Shown here: positions 9,616-19,786 of the stretch, piece after piece
Numbering within the stretch: position 1 is the stretch's first letter
Layout of the letters: every line of letters starts with the position of its first letter
NCBI GenBank assembly: GCA_008690995.1
Contig: VRMN01000005.1
Span: forward strand, 558,001-622,000
Length of the DNA stretch: 64,000 nt
Reading direction: 5' to 3'
Source: Porphyridium purpureum
Taxonomy: Eukaryota
The notes under the pieces: model-generated
Told to the model about the DNA's origin: nothing
Databases searched by the model: none
What the model saw: the letters and a program-made list of their open reading frames with translations, nothing else
Translations under genes and position numbers: made by a program

Positions 9616-11270
9616 GTTCATGGTACGTTTCTTGCACGGTTTCTTTGCGTTTGGCATCGCTTGGCTCAGCCGAAGCGAAAAATCATGAGGATGATTGTAT
9701 ATCTATGCATAGTTCACTCTGACGTGGGGCTCAATGCCTCGCTGGAGATCAATTCTTTCGCTCCTATCTGATATGATTTGTAGTCTTACTTTTTCGCGTG
9801 TCGGTGTAGCCAGCCTACGGGCTCAACCGTCACGTGAGCGCCCTCATTCGCATCTGGAACTCTTGGGCTCAATACGTGTGCAAATCTCTGACTTTCTTCA
9901 TGTCGTCGTGAACGTTTGTGGGCCTTTTTTGGATAGCTGTGGATTGTATGCAAACAAGTCCTCGTTCGGTTTGCTTCGACGAAGAACGGATTATTTACTT
10001 TGCGGAACGTGAGCGTGCGACGTGGCACGTACGTGTTATGTATTGTAGCGACGAACCGTTGGGCTCCCAAGGGGATGCGTGCAAGCGCAAGTGAATTGGG
10101 CGCGGGGAATTTAGTCTGACTGAACAGTCTGGGTACGACCTTCGCGCCCATGCAAGGATCACGCCTCACTCACGCAGCATATGTCGTAGTTCTACGATCT
10201 GGTGCCGTAAGCACGCTTGAGAACACGGTAGAAGTGGCTTCATTCTTTCGCGTCTCTTTCGCGGTTCGAGGTGTACGAACAGCAATCCTTGCAAGCCAGA
10301 CTACCGCGAAAAGAGCTGCGTCCGGAGAACAGAGGCTGATGATTCGGCAAAGGTTAGCTCCGCAGCAGATCAAGACGGAAGGTCTAGGGAAGCTACCTGA
10401 GCTTGCCACGGTGTATCGTACGCGCAGGTAAGCGCATCCAACGGTCTTCCTGCGACTTCAACGTCAGAAGGACGCAGTTTTGAGACTTTCTTCACGTGGG
10501 TGTTGCAATACTTGCAGTGCGCGTGAAGCATGACCATGTCTATAACGCACTCATCTTTCTGGTAGCGTGCCTTGCGCACAGGGAGAAACTCTCACATGAA
10601 CTCCGTCCTGCCCATGTACTATAAATATTCGTAAGTGCTCAATATTGGCAGAACCAACCTAGCCTTTGTTCTGGAAATTTCTTGTCCGACCTCCTTGAAA
10701 CGGATCGCTTGTGCCGCGAATCATTATTTTTTTTTCGGTTTCACACGTATGATTCTACAATCTCAGCAGCTCCGTGGCGCCATCTCGTATTTGGAAATGC
10801 TTCAGCACGTCCTGACAGAGAAGGGTAGGCTCAACAGCCAGAGAGCGAGTCAGCACGGCACAAACTCGCAGTCGTCACTCGACGAGCAACGCACGCTGGT
10901 GACTTCTGCGCTAGTCTTTCATACCGCGAGCAGACGATTTCAAAAAGGCCGCGCAAGGCGCAAAGCTTGAGGTGTCAGAGGCCGCGGTACCCGACGAAAG
11001 CACGCAGGTTGGTCTACTCCATGTTCTCGCCCAGCCTTCATTTCCTTCCTAGAGATGCATTGCCCTGTGGGCATACTGCCCTCCGGACGTGGCGTGCGAT
11101 CACTCTTGAACACCAATATCAGCGCATGGAGCCAAGCAAACACTCGCAAGTATTTCTGCCGCCTGAGCATTCATGCGAGGAAGTGTGATCAATGAGCAAG
11201 GTCATCCGAGACTTTGCCATTCTGCTCTAAACCATGACGGCGATGGCGCGCGGCCAGAGTCGCCGCCGCA

Positions 11271-14144
11271 TCAGTAGTTAATGGACGGAGACAGGTCCAA
11301 GGGCGAGAATTTTTTGCCGCCACCGTTCAAATTGTAAAACTTGTTCTGAAATTCCACCCAGTGCAGACGCAATGCGTGTAGAAATGCCGAGAGCGATTCC
11401 ATCATCATTAGCACACCCAAAGTGAGCGCAAGCCACATGCTGAAACCAATCGCAATCAAGATCACGTTGCCTGAGCGCCATGACGCTATTAGCAGCTTTT
11501 CTGCGAACACATCCGACAATTGGGCATGTGCAAGGCTCAGTGCCCACAGGCGGAGATAACTCGCTGTGTTACTGATCGCACCGAGAACAAACTCAATGGT
11601 GTGGATCATCTGATGCACCATGACGTCGCCAAAGTTGAAGCCGCCGGTATGCTCACAACTGTCGTGCGCTGCGGCGCCACCAGATTCCCCAGGGGTCTCC
11701 TGATCGTCTGACTCTAACTTCTTGTATCCGAGACGCAACTGGCTGCTGTAGCGCGCACGCAGGATTAACGGTTTGGGAAGCAGCATCCATGGCACCGAGA
11801 TGAGGGCCACGATGAACAGTAAGAGCTGCACCGCAGCCTGACCCGGGAATAGTTGATTCTTTGCCGGCACGCGCCCTGGAGACATGAACATTCCGATGAG
11901 TATATTCTTAATATCGGGTGCTTCGCAGATGCTTGACATCCGACAAGACGCGCTGTTCCAGTCCGTCAACCACTTTAGTACGATGAGCAGCACCAGGTAT
12001 CCGAAAATGGACATCAAAAAGAGCATTTGCGGCACGAACCCGTACCAGATGTCCAACGGCTTACGGAAGAAACGCGCGTTCTCAAGCGACAAACATAGTC
12101 CAAGCGCCATTTGACATACGCCCAGCACGATTGACAGCTTCATCTTGTAACTGTTGAAAAAGAGCAAGCCAGTCCGCGCATGCTTCCAAATGGGGTCAAA
12201 CCCAAACGCATATGTTTGTAGCGGCGGAGCGGCTGCCGCTGCATCCGCGCAATTGTCCACACCGCACGCCATGATTGATGACTCGGTGTACTTCCATGTC
12301 GAGCGGCCGAACAGCTCGAGCGGAAAGGCGAAGAACTCATTGTAGATGAAGCCCGTGTATATAGAGAACACACCCATAAGAAGAATGACGTACCTGCCGT
12401 CATAGCACGTGCCCACAAACTCACCAAGCCGAGCCCGCCGCTGCTCTAGGTCGCGCTCATTTCTGATCAAATAAACGGCAAAGGCGGCCATTAGTAACCC
12501 ATGTCCAATATCGCCAAACATGACCGCAAATAGGAAGGGGAACGTGATCACCGTAAACACTGCGGGATTCACTTCCTGGTACTCGGCGACGCCGTACGCC
12601 TCGACAATGCCCTGAAACACTTGCGTGAATTTGTTAGTCTTGAAAAACGTGGGCGGGCTGGCGGAAGCCGCGTCATGTGAATGAAAATCGTGATCAACGG
12701 TGGAGACTTTGCCCTTTTCCTCAAATACAGAGGGCAGTTGTGCGTTCGACCGCCGCCGAGCCCTTTCAAGCGCTTCTTGAATGGCCGGGATGCTGGCACG
12801 CGTAGCCCAACCCTCTGCGATAAACAATTTGGTGCTTGATTCGTAGTTGAGCAAGTTGAGAACGTGAAAGATCGCCTTTTCACGATCCGCTTTATGCTCC
12901 CACAGCATCAGATTAAAGCCAATGTCCACCAACATGTCTCTACGCTGCTTCTCCGTAGACGCAATGACGGCCTTGAGATCACCGAGCCGCGTCGTGCTTT
13001 CTTGCAGCGCGCGTTCCCGCTCGCTCCCGTCCTCTGGGAATGGATACCTGCTCGCGGCAAAGGCCTCACATATCTTTGTCACTTTCAGCTTAATCTCCAA
13101 ACTCGAAAAGAGTACGATGAAAACAGATTTCGGCACTGGCTCGTCCGACCCATTACTTCCGTTCTTGCGTGCCGTGGTGATTTGAACCTCATCAAACATC
13201 CGCAGCAGGCAATTCCCGCGCGTTGCTCGGAACAGTATTCTTTCGAACGAAGCGACTCGGTCGCGCTGTATGACGCCCGTGATCAGCTGCAACGACGAAA
13301 AGCCCTCCTTTGGCCTTGTCAGAGACGCCACTGCGGCTCCATCGAGAGCACTGGAACTGAGAAGTGCGTCAAAGTTTAGAGCAGCCGAAGTGCTCCTATT
13401 GCTGTCGGCCAGGAGCATCCGAATGCTTGAAGAGCCAAAAAAGGACGAGCACTGTTCAAACACAGCCAGAAACTCGACCAGTGCATTCATCTGTACTTTG
13501 AGCGCATCCCAGTGCGAGTTCATTTCAATCAGGCCGAGCTCCAGTGCACTAATGTGCTGCGCCAAATCGTCCAGGCGCACCTCGCTCGCAAGATCCAGGG
13601 CGACGGCGCTGTTGATCTGCACGCCTGGCGTCGATTCGATTTGTGCGCGGAGAAACCGGAGCGCGCGCTGGATCTCCTCACACGCCTTCAAATCACTGGT
13701 AAACGAACGCTGGAATGCGCTCTGACTGGCGTTGAGGTCCTCAAACTGGAGCGCGCCCAGGACGCCCAGCTCCTCGATCGTATCGTGCGCAGCGACGCGG
13801 TCAAAGTACAGCCTCACGCGCGCCATCGGTTCTGACCTGTACAGGGCGCACGAGCGCAAGAACGCGTTCTGCTGCTGCAAAGACGGCGGCTGCGGGCGGC
13901 CCGCCGCGCGCGCGGCGGGTTTTGCGTCTGCGGCGCCGGATCGGCGCGAACGGAACTGGCGCGGCTGCGCGCCATTGGACGAATCCGAGTTGTACGCTGC
14001 GGCTGAGTAACTCGACTGCAGCACCACGCCGCCATCTGCCCCGACGACGCCACTCGAGCCAGCGCCTGCGCCTGCACCGCCGCCACTACCCGCAGCACCC
14101 ACCGACCGCATCGACAGGTGCGACGCGCTCACATTCCGAAACAT
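11271..14144 (-). CDS. VHA-a: V-type proton ATPase V0 subunit a
   Basis: YRSEPM, LQFEDLN, FERILFRATRGN, PPTFFKTNKFT, FPFLFAVMFGDIGHG, SNTASYLRLWALSLAH, SAFLHALRLHWVEFQNKFY. First ATG at 14144. Confidence 0.97.
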   Translation of the reverse strand: MFRNVSASHLSMRSVGAAGSGGGAGAGAGSSGVVGADGGVVLQSSYSAAAYNSDSSNGAQPRQFRSRRSGAADAKPAARAAGRPQPPSLQQQNAFLRSCALYRSEPMARVRLYFDRVAAHDTIEELGVLGALQFEDLNASQSAFQRSFTSDLKACEEIQRALRFLRAQIESTPGVQINSAVALDLASEVRLDDLAQHISALELGLIEMNSHWDALKVQMNALVEFLAVFEQCSSFFGSSSIRMLLADSNRSTSAALNFDALLSSSALDGAAVASLTRPKEGFSSLQLITGVIQRDRVASFERILFRATRGNCLLRMFDEVQITTARKNGSNGSDEPVPKSVFIVLFSSLEIKLKVTKICEAFAASRYPFPEDGSERERALQESTTRLGDLKAVIASTEKQRRDMLVDIGFNLMLWEHKADREKAIFHVLNLLNYESSTKLFIAEGWATRASIPAIQEALERARRRSNAQLPSVFEEKGKVSTVDHDFHSHDAASASPPTFFKTNKFTQVFQGIVEAYGVAEYQEVNPAVFTVITFPFLFAVMFGDIGHGLLMAAFAVYLIRNERDLEQRRARLGEFVGTCYDGRYVILLMGVFSIYTGFIYNEFFAFPLELFGRSTWKYTESSIMACGVDNCADAAAAAPPLQTYAFGFDPIWKHARTGLLFFNSYKMKLSIVLGVCQMALGLCLSLENARFFRKPLDIWYGFVPQMLFLMSIFGYLVLLIVLKWLTDWNSASCRMSSICEAPDIKNILIGMFMSPGRVPAKNQLFPGQAAVQLLLFIVALISVPWMLLPKPLILRARYSSQLRLGYKKLESDDQETPGESGGAAAHDSCEHTGGFNFGDVMVHQMIHTIEFVLGAISNTASYLRLWALSLAHAQLSDVFAEKLLIASWRSGNVILIAIGFSMWLALTLGVLMMMESLSAFLHALRLHWVEFQNKFYNLNGGGKKFSPLDLSPSINY

Positions 14145-14870
14145 TGTGCATCCGCACGGCGCGCTCGCGCAACCCACCCGACGCGCGGGTGTCAGCTCTT
14201 CCCTTCCGCTCTCCGCGCGGCACTTCCCACCACCACCCTCCCTGATCCCGTGCACAAAACACCCAACCACTCAAGCACTCCTTCCTTCTTCGCTCTGTCT
14301 CTCCTGTCCCCACACACGCACGCAAACCACTTGCACGTCTGTCCTCTAGGTTGGACGCGTTGCGTGTTCTCACTCACAAGTACACCACGTGTACCTTATC
14401 GCGCTGTACACTACCGAATGCACGCGCCGCGGGGTGTTCAGAGGCGGGGCGAGTTGTGGGTCGGTTAACGGTTCACGTCTAGTCGTTAAGCCATTAAACC
14501 GTTAAGCCGTTGGCCGATAAGAGGTGTGACTCGAGACGGGAAACTCTTGGCTGCGGTTGTCGGCCGCCGATAGGAGCGCAGGAGACAGGGTCCGTCGGGT
14601 TACAAGCCGCGCGGAAAGCTCGGCACAGAGCGTGGCCGCGGTGGTTATCGGTAGGGAGTGCGAGTTGGAAAAAGTTATACGTTTAGAACTTGATAAACTC
14701 GGTGGTTGGATTGGAGGTTGACCGCCAGCAGAGCGAGATTTCCGAACACGGTGTTGTGGCGAACTGGCGTCGAGTTCAGTGCGGGTGTCACGCGGTACAG
14801 TGCGATCGTGCGGAAGGTTGTGTACAGTAGTGAGTACAGCTGACCAGTGGGAGGTCGGGGTGGGTGGGGG

Positions 14871-15980
14871 TTAGAGGAGCTCGGCCATGCGCACGACGCG
14901 CTGCTGCGTGATGCTCAGGTGCGCGGCAATGCCCATGGCCACGGAGAGGAGCCCGTTGTGCGGGCCGACGCGCGCGGGCTGCTTCGTCTGGATGACTTGG
15001 TACAGGTCCATGTGTTCCAGTTGGCTCGAGCCGTAGTGGTGGCCGGCGTACGTCACCGCGCGCTCGCGCACGTGCACGACCTCCACCGCGCTCAGCGCGT
15101 GGTTCCCGCGCAGACCCGTCCGGAGCTCGTGGCTCGGTAGAAACGCCTCCAACTTGCCTAGGTCGCCAACCACACACACCTCCTCCTGGTTCTGGCTCGC
15201 CTCGGCAAACATGCACAGGTCCAGCATCGCGCGCAGCCCGCGCGAGTAGTTCACCACCACAAACGCGTTGTCGAGAATATCGGGCGTTTCGCCGTTGTAC
15301 CGTTCGTCCAGGTGGTTGACGTCTTGCGCGCCAGATGCGTATACGCTGAGCGGCGCGTCTTGCGCAATCTCGTTCATCAGGTCGAAAAAGTGGCAGCATT
15401 TTTCGACCAGCGTGCCGCCCGTGTTGCGTGAAAAGCGGTTCCAGTCGTTCACTTTGACGAGGAACGGAAAACGGTGCTCGCGAATTGCAACTTGACGCAC
15501 CGTGCCAACTGTCCCGGCGCGCGCGAGCTCAATGAGTCTCGCAATGGGCGGCATGTAGCGGTACTCGAGGCCGATCCAGAAAACGCCTGGGCGCGCGCTG
15601 CACAGCTGGACAATTTCGCGGCAGTCGTCCAATGTTGTGGCCATGGGCTTCTCACACAGCACATGCAAGCGCGGGAACTGTGGCAGCAAGTAGCGCAGCA
15701 CGTGCACATGGTGAAAATTCGGGGTTGCAACGATGACCACATCGAGCTCTTGCTCTGTCTGGAGCATCTGCTTGAAATCTGTGTACACGCGTGGCGCCCA
15801 CTGCGAGCCGACCACGTGCAGCGCTGCGCGGGACGACGGCTCATGCGGATCGGCCAGCGCGACGACCTCGATGGCGTAGCCCAATTTCCGGAGCGCCAGC
15901 AAGTTTGCGCAGTGCTCCTGCCCCATCAACCCGACGCCAATCACAGCGTACCTCAACATCGCGTCCATGCCGTCCTCCAT
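14871..15980 (-). CDS. Gfo/Idh/MocA family oxidoreductase (inositol dehydrogenase-like)
   Basis: Rossmann IGVGLMG, ATPNFHH, LCEKPM, and the family motif IREHRFPFLVKV...GGTLVEKCCHFFDLM. Confidence 0.92.
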   Translation of the reverse strand: MEDGMDAMLRYAVIGVGLMGQEHCANLLALRKLGYAIEVVALADPHEPSSRAALHVVGSQWAPRVYTDFKQMLQTEQELDVVIVATPNFHHVHVLRYLLPQFPRLHVLCEKPMATTLDDCREIVQLCSARPGVFWIGLEYRYMPPIARLIELARAGTVGTVRQVAIREHRFPFLVKVNDWNRFSRNTGGTLVEKCCHFFDLMNEIAQDAPLSVYASGAQDVNHLDERYNGETPDILDNAFVVVNYSRGLRAMLDLCMFAEASQNQEEVCVVGDLGKLEAFLPSHELRTGLRGNHALSAVEVVHVRERAVTYAGHHYGSSQLEHMDLYQVIQTKQPARVGPHNGLLSVAMGIAAHLSITQQRVVRMAELL

Positions 15981-16492
15981 GGCTCACATCGCTCGTCTTC
16001 CTTCCCCACTGTCCCACACCCATCAGCGTCCACCGTTCACAGTGACCGCATCACCCTCTTTCCACCCACACACACACACACATACACACTGACAGCTCGC
16101 AGCTCCTGAAATCCCCGCAGCCCCATGGCCCCCATTCCCATTAATTAATCACAATAATTAAGTATATTAATTAAGATGTTCATGCATGCGTGTCTTTGAA
16201 CTGTACACTGAACTTGCATACACTGTACATACCCTAGCCTTGAGCAACTGGCTTCAACTCGTGTAACAACAGTACCCGTTCGATGTCTAGCTGTACTTCT
16301 CCTTCCACACTTGGAAAAAAGGGGTCTCCCACGCACAGCCGCGCGGTGCTATAAATCTGTGCCCGTTTGATAGAAAGGTGAAGAAGGGGTCGATGGAGTC
16401 GGCAGGAGAACGAGGTTGTAGTGGGTGGAGAACACGAAGAAAGGGAGTGAGGAGGAAACGGAGACAGAGAGAAGAGAAGGGGAGGCAGGGTC

Positions 16493-19400
16493 ATGGAGAC
16501 AAGTGACCGGAGGAGGATACGCGCGGCAATAGGTCGGCGTCTCGTGGAGCAGCACGCGGCGTGTCTGTGCGCGATGTGTGAGATTGACGCGTGTGAGCAG
16601 ACGGCACAGTTGTGTGCGTTTGCGTGTGGCGTGTGGTCGCGTGCTAACCATGCGCTGCATCGCGCCAGACCGGATGGAAAGGATCGGCGGTGTTGTACAA
16701 GTCGCAGATGCGTGCGCGGCAATATGCGTCTGTCTGGATGGGCTGCGGACTGGGACTCGCAGAGCTGTCGCGTCGGAAGCTGTGGTGGGACCGCCCTGAC
16801 GCGTGCCAGGCGGCGCAACGCAGTTTCTCGTGGAAGCTTGTCGGTGCCAGTGACTTTCGCCGCGGCAGCGAGGTCTGCATCGCGCTTGGCGCGGAACGTC
16901 TCGAATTCTGATTCTGAGCGGGACTCGCGGCCCTCGCAAAGGGCGTCAGCGAAGCAAATACAGCGTGAGGCGCGTACTGCGCCAACGTCGTTCGTGAGCG
17001 ATGACCATTATGTAAAGAGCCTCGAAGATCTGGCGTCCTTTATCGACAAAGGTCGCTTTTCAGAAACGGCGAGGCGACCGCGTTCATCTGGAGGTCGGTT
17101 GCCTGCCAAGGGCCGAAAGTTTCGCGTCGGCCCAAGCAAGGCGCCACCTTCGAGAAGAGCTGAACGCGACAGCGAGCTGCCCGACGCTTCTTTTTACCGT
17201 GGCAATGGTGTATACGGTGAGGATAGTGTCGACTATTCCGAATACAACTGGAGCAGGACCGTGGGGAATGCCTCTGAAGATGGCACCCGACATGGCACGA
17301 ACAACACAAACGCTCGCAGGGCGCGCGAGCGCCAACTGACGCCGATTCCGAAGGCATCGGCCCACGGCCTTGACGACGGGGCTAGGACTCTGAATGCTTC
17401 TGGCTTAGATTTGGAAGTGGATGTCGTTTCGTCCATATTCGGCACAAGGCAGTACGCATTGGAGCTCATGAAACCGGTCGGTCTTGTCGTTGGTGAAAAC
17501 CAGGAGGAAGATCTCGCGATTGTTGCAGCGGTCGAGCCTGGTGGGAACGCAGCGCGCGCAGGAGCAATCAAAGTAGGAGACCGCATTGTGGCGGCCCGGC
17601 TCGCTGGTGATGCCGATCCACGGCTGACAAACGCAACGCACGCAGAAGAATCCACGGATCCGATCAAGGTCAAGGATATTATTGATTTGCTACGAACGAA
17701 GTATGGCGAAAGAGGCGAGCGAGTCGTCGTGACTTTCGAACGGCGGTTGGAGCAGGACCTCGCTGATCTCGAGGCGCCGCGGCCCGAGACCCGCAGCGAG
17801 TTCATCTCGTTCAGCAATGTGTTGCGCAGCTACATGAACCTAGAGAGCGCAGGGATTGAACCGGAGCGCACCCGAAATTTCTTACTCGAGGAGGCCGAGA
17901 AGCTGCTGTATGTGCTGGCGAATCTCGGAGAACGGAAAGAGATCGTCAAGGTTTACGAAAAGCTGCGCGCGGGTAAAGTGACGCTGTCGGCCAAGTTTTA
18001 CAATGTGCTGATGACGGCGCTTCTTCGAACCGGTGATGCGCAGGGCTCAATCGCAGTATTTGATAGCATTGAAGAACCGAGCCTGGAATGCTTCACCACG
18101 TTAATCAAGGCATATGGCACAAAGGGAGCTCTCGAGGCGGCCACTCGTACTTTGCAGCGAATTCGTGACGCCGGGTTTGCACCGAGCTTACAGACGTATA
18201 ACACGTTGATCTCGAGCTTTGTCGCAAACCGAAAGCTGGGACTAGCGGCGCAACTCTTCGACGAGATGAAGGTGGATGGACTCAAACCGAACGCGGTGTC
18301 GTGGAACATTATTTTGAACTGGTACGCTTCAAATGCGCGCGGCGCCTCGCGCATTGCGAAGACATTTGAGCTCTTTGATCGTATGCAGGACAGTGGCGTG
18401 GCTCCAAATCTCGTCACTTTCACAACACTCATCAAAGCATGCGTATCGTCGGACGATTTTGACCGTACCGAGAAGGTTTTAGAAGAGATGAGCCTTCGCT
18501 CACTGAAACCCGACACGAGCACGTACAACACGTTGATCGACGCGTACGCACGGCGCAAATTGTGGAAGGAGGCTCTGGCCGTTCTGGAGCAGATGAAGCG
18601 TGAAGGCGTCAAGCCAGACTCGTTTAGTTATGCACGCACCATTTGTGCTCTGGCTGGAAGCAAACAGGCGGCGCGCGCGGAACAGCTTTTCGACGAAATG
18701 AAATCGAGCGCAAACATTGTGCCCAATGCAGTCGTGTACATGGGTCTAATGAGTATGTACGCCGACCGGGGCCAAGTCGCGCGCGTGCTTCCTTTGCTGC
18801 GCGATATGCAGGCCAACAACGTGAGCATAGACCACAGGAGCATGGCCGCGGTAATGCACGCGTGCTTACAGGGCAACCAACCCGAAGTGGCGGTTTCAGT
18901 CTACGCCAAGATGACAAAGTCCGGCATTCGGGCGGATTCCGTGACGAACACGATTCTTGCGCGGGCGTACGCGCTCCAGGGAGACATGTCGACAGCGCTG
19001 GAAGTATTGGACAGCATGGTTCGCAGCGAGGACGCGCGCATGCATCCTGGAGTGGTAACGTATAACGCGTTGCTCCAGACGGCAGGCGAGAAGCAGCGCG
19101 CGGATGTGGTGTTGGGCGTGTTTGAACGGCTGCTCTCGGACCCGCACGGTGTGGCGGTGAACCGCCGCACGTTTGACGCGCTGACCGAGGCGTGGCCGGC
19201 AGACGCGCGCGACGCAGAGTACCTAGACATGCTGCTCAGCGCCGTGCACCTAGCGCGGCAGCGGCGGCGGTACCCGAACGGGCAAGTGTACTGCGCGCTC
19301 ATGGAGACTGCCGTGTGCCTGAAGGACGCCGAGCGCGGGATGGCGACGATGACGTCGCGCGCTCAGCACTTTCGCATTGCGCGCAACGACATCAAGATGG

Positions 19401-19501
19401 CCGACGCGGTCGACCGCAAGGCCGCGTTGGCATTCAAGCACGTCATGTCTCCCACCTCCCCCACCACCACCACCCCGGCTCCAAGCGCCTCTAGGGACTA
19501 A
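16493..19501 (+). CDS. Organellar pentatricopeptide-repeat protein with an N-terminal PDZ domain
   Basis: PDZ-like segment (KPVGLVVGE...AIVAAVEPGGNAARAGAIKVGDRIVA) followed by roughly 10-12 P-type PPR motifs (FYNVLMTALLR, TYNTLISSFV, SWNIILNWYA, TFTTLIKACV, TYNTLIDAYA...). The true start may be a downstream Met. TATAAAT at 16350. Confidence 0.9.
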   Translation: METSDRRRIRAAIGRRLVEQHAACLCAMCEIDACEQTAQLCAFACGVWSRANHALHRARPDGKDRRCCTSRRCVRGNMRLSGWAADWDSQSCRVGSCGGTALTRARRRNAVSRGSLSVPVTFAAAARSASRLARNVSNSDSERDSRPSQRASAKQIQREARTAPTSFVSDDHYVKSLEDLASFIDKGRFSETARRPRSSGGRLPAKGRKFRVGPSKAPPSRRAERDSELPDASFYRGNGVYGEDSVDYSEYNWSRTVGNASEDGTRHGTNNTNARRARERQLTPIPKASAHGLDDGARTLNASGLDLEVDVVSSIFGTRQYALELMKPVGLVVGENQEEDLAIVAAVEPGGNAARAGAIKVGDRIVAARLAGDADPRLTNATHAEESTDPIKVKDIIDLLRTKYGERGERVVVTFERRLEQDLADLEAPRPETRSEFISFSNVLRSYMNLESAGIEPERTRNFLLEEAEKLLYVLANLGERKEIVKVYEKLRAGKVTLSAKFYNVLMTALLRTGDAQGSIAVFDSIEEPSLECFTTLIKAYGTKGALEAATRTLQRIRDAGFAPSLQTYNTLISSFVANRKLGLAAQLFDEMKVDGLKPNAVSWNIILNWYASNARGASRIAKTFELFDRMQDSGVAPNLVTFTTLIKACVSSDDFDRTEKVLEEMSLRSLKPDTSTYNTLIDAYARRKLWKEALAVLEQMKREGVKPDSFSYARTICALAGSKQAARAEQLFDEMKSSANIVPNAVVYMGLMSMYADRGQVARVLPLLRDMQANNVSIDHRSMAAVMHACLQGNQPEVAVSVYAKMTKSGIRADSVTNTILARAYALQGDMSTALEVLDSMVRSEDARMHPGVVTYNALLQTAGEKQRADVVLGVFERLLSDPHGVAVNRRTFDALTEAWPADARDAEYLDMLLSAVHLARQRRRYPNGQVYCALMETAVCLKDAERGMATMTSRAQHFRIARNDIKMADAVDRKAALAFKHVMSPTSPTTTTPAPSASRD

Positions 19502-19786
19502 ATAATAGTAAAACACCCCCGTTTAAGTATGAACGAAACACTCGCTCTTGGCGCGAAAGCTTGTGTCCCCGCGCGCAAAACGCGCAGCGGTTTCGCCACC
19601 GTGTGATTTTTTACACCCGTTTGCTGATTTTCAGTATGTTTCCGCGCGTGTGTGTACGATTGAGAAGAGAGAGGAAGAGAGAGAGAAGAGAGACGGTGTT
19701 GTGATTGTTCGTGGGAGAGGGGCAGAGGCTGCGTGCATGGCATTGCTGGGCCCCCGTTCGTGCGGACACCAAAGCGAGCACACAGC

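Noticed and set aside
9722..9735. GTGGGGCTCA resembling RNase MRP CR-V
   Set aside because: No GAAAGTCCCC-type CR-I partner at a plausible distance outside the ZIP CDS.
14595..14635. GGTTACAAGCC resembling a twister ribozyme L4 loop
   Set aside because: No proper P4 stem, no upstream UAA/P2 element and no matching T2 partner.
14871..15980. Possible recent bacterial horizontal transfer of the Gfo/Idh/MocA gene
   Set aside because: To my knowledge this subfamily also occurs in land plants, and its composition matches the neighbours; unsupported without a phylogeny.
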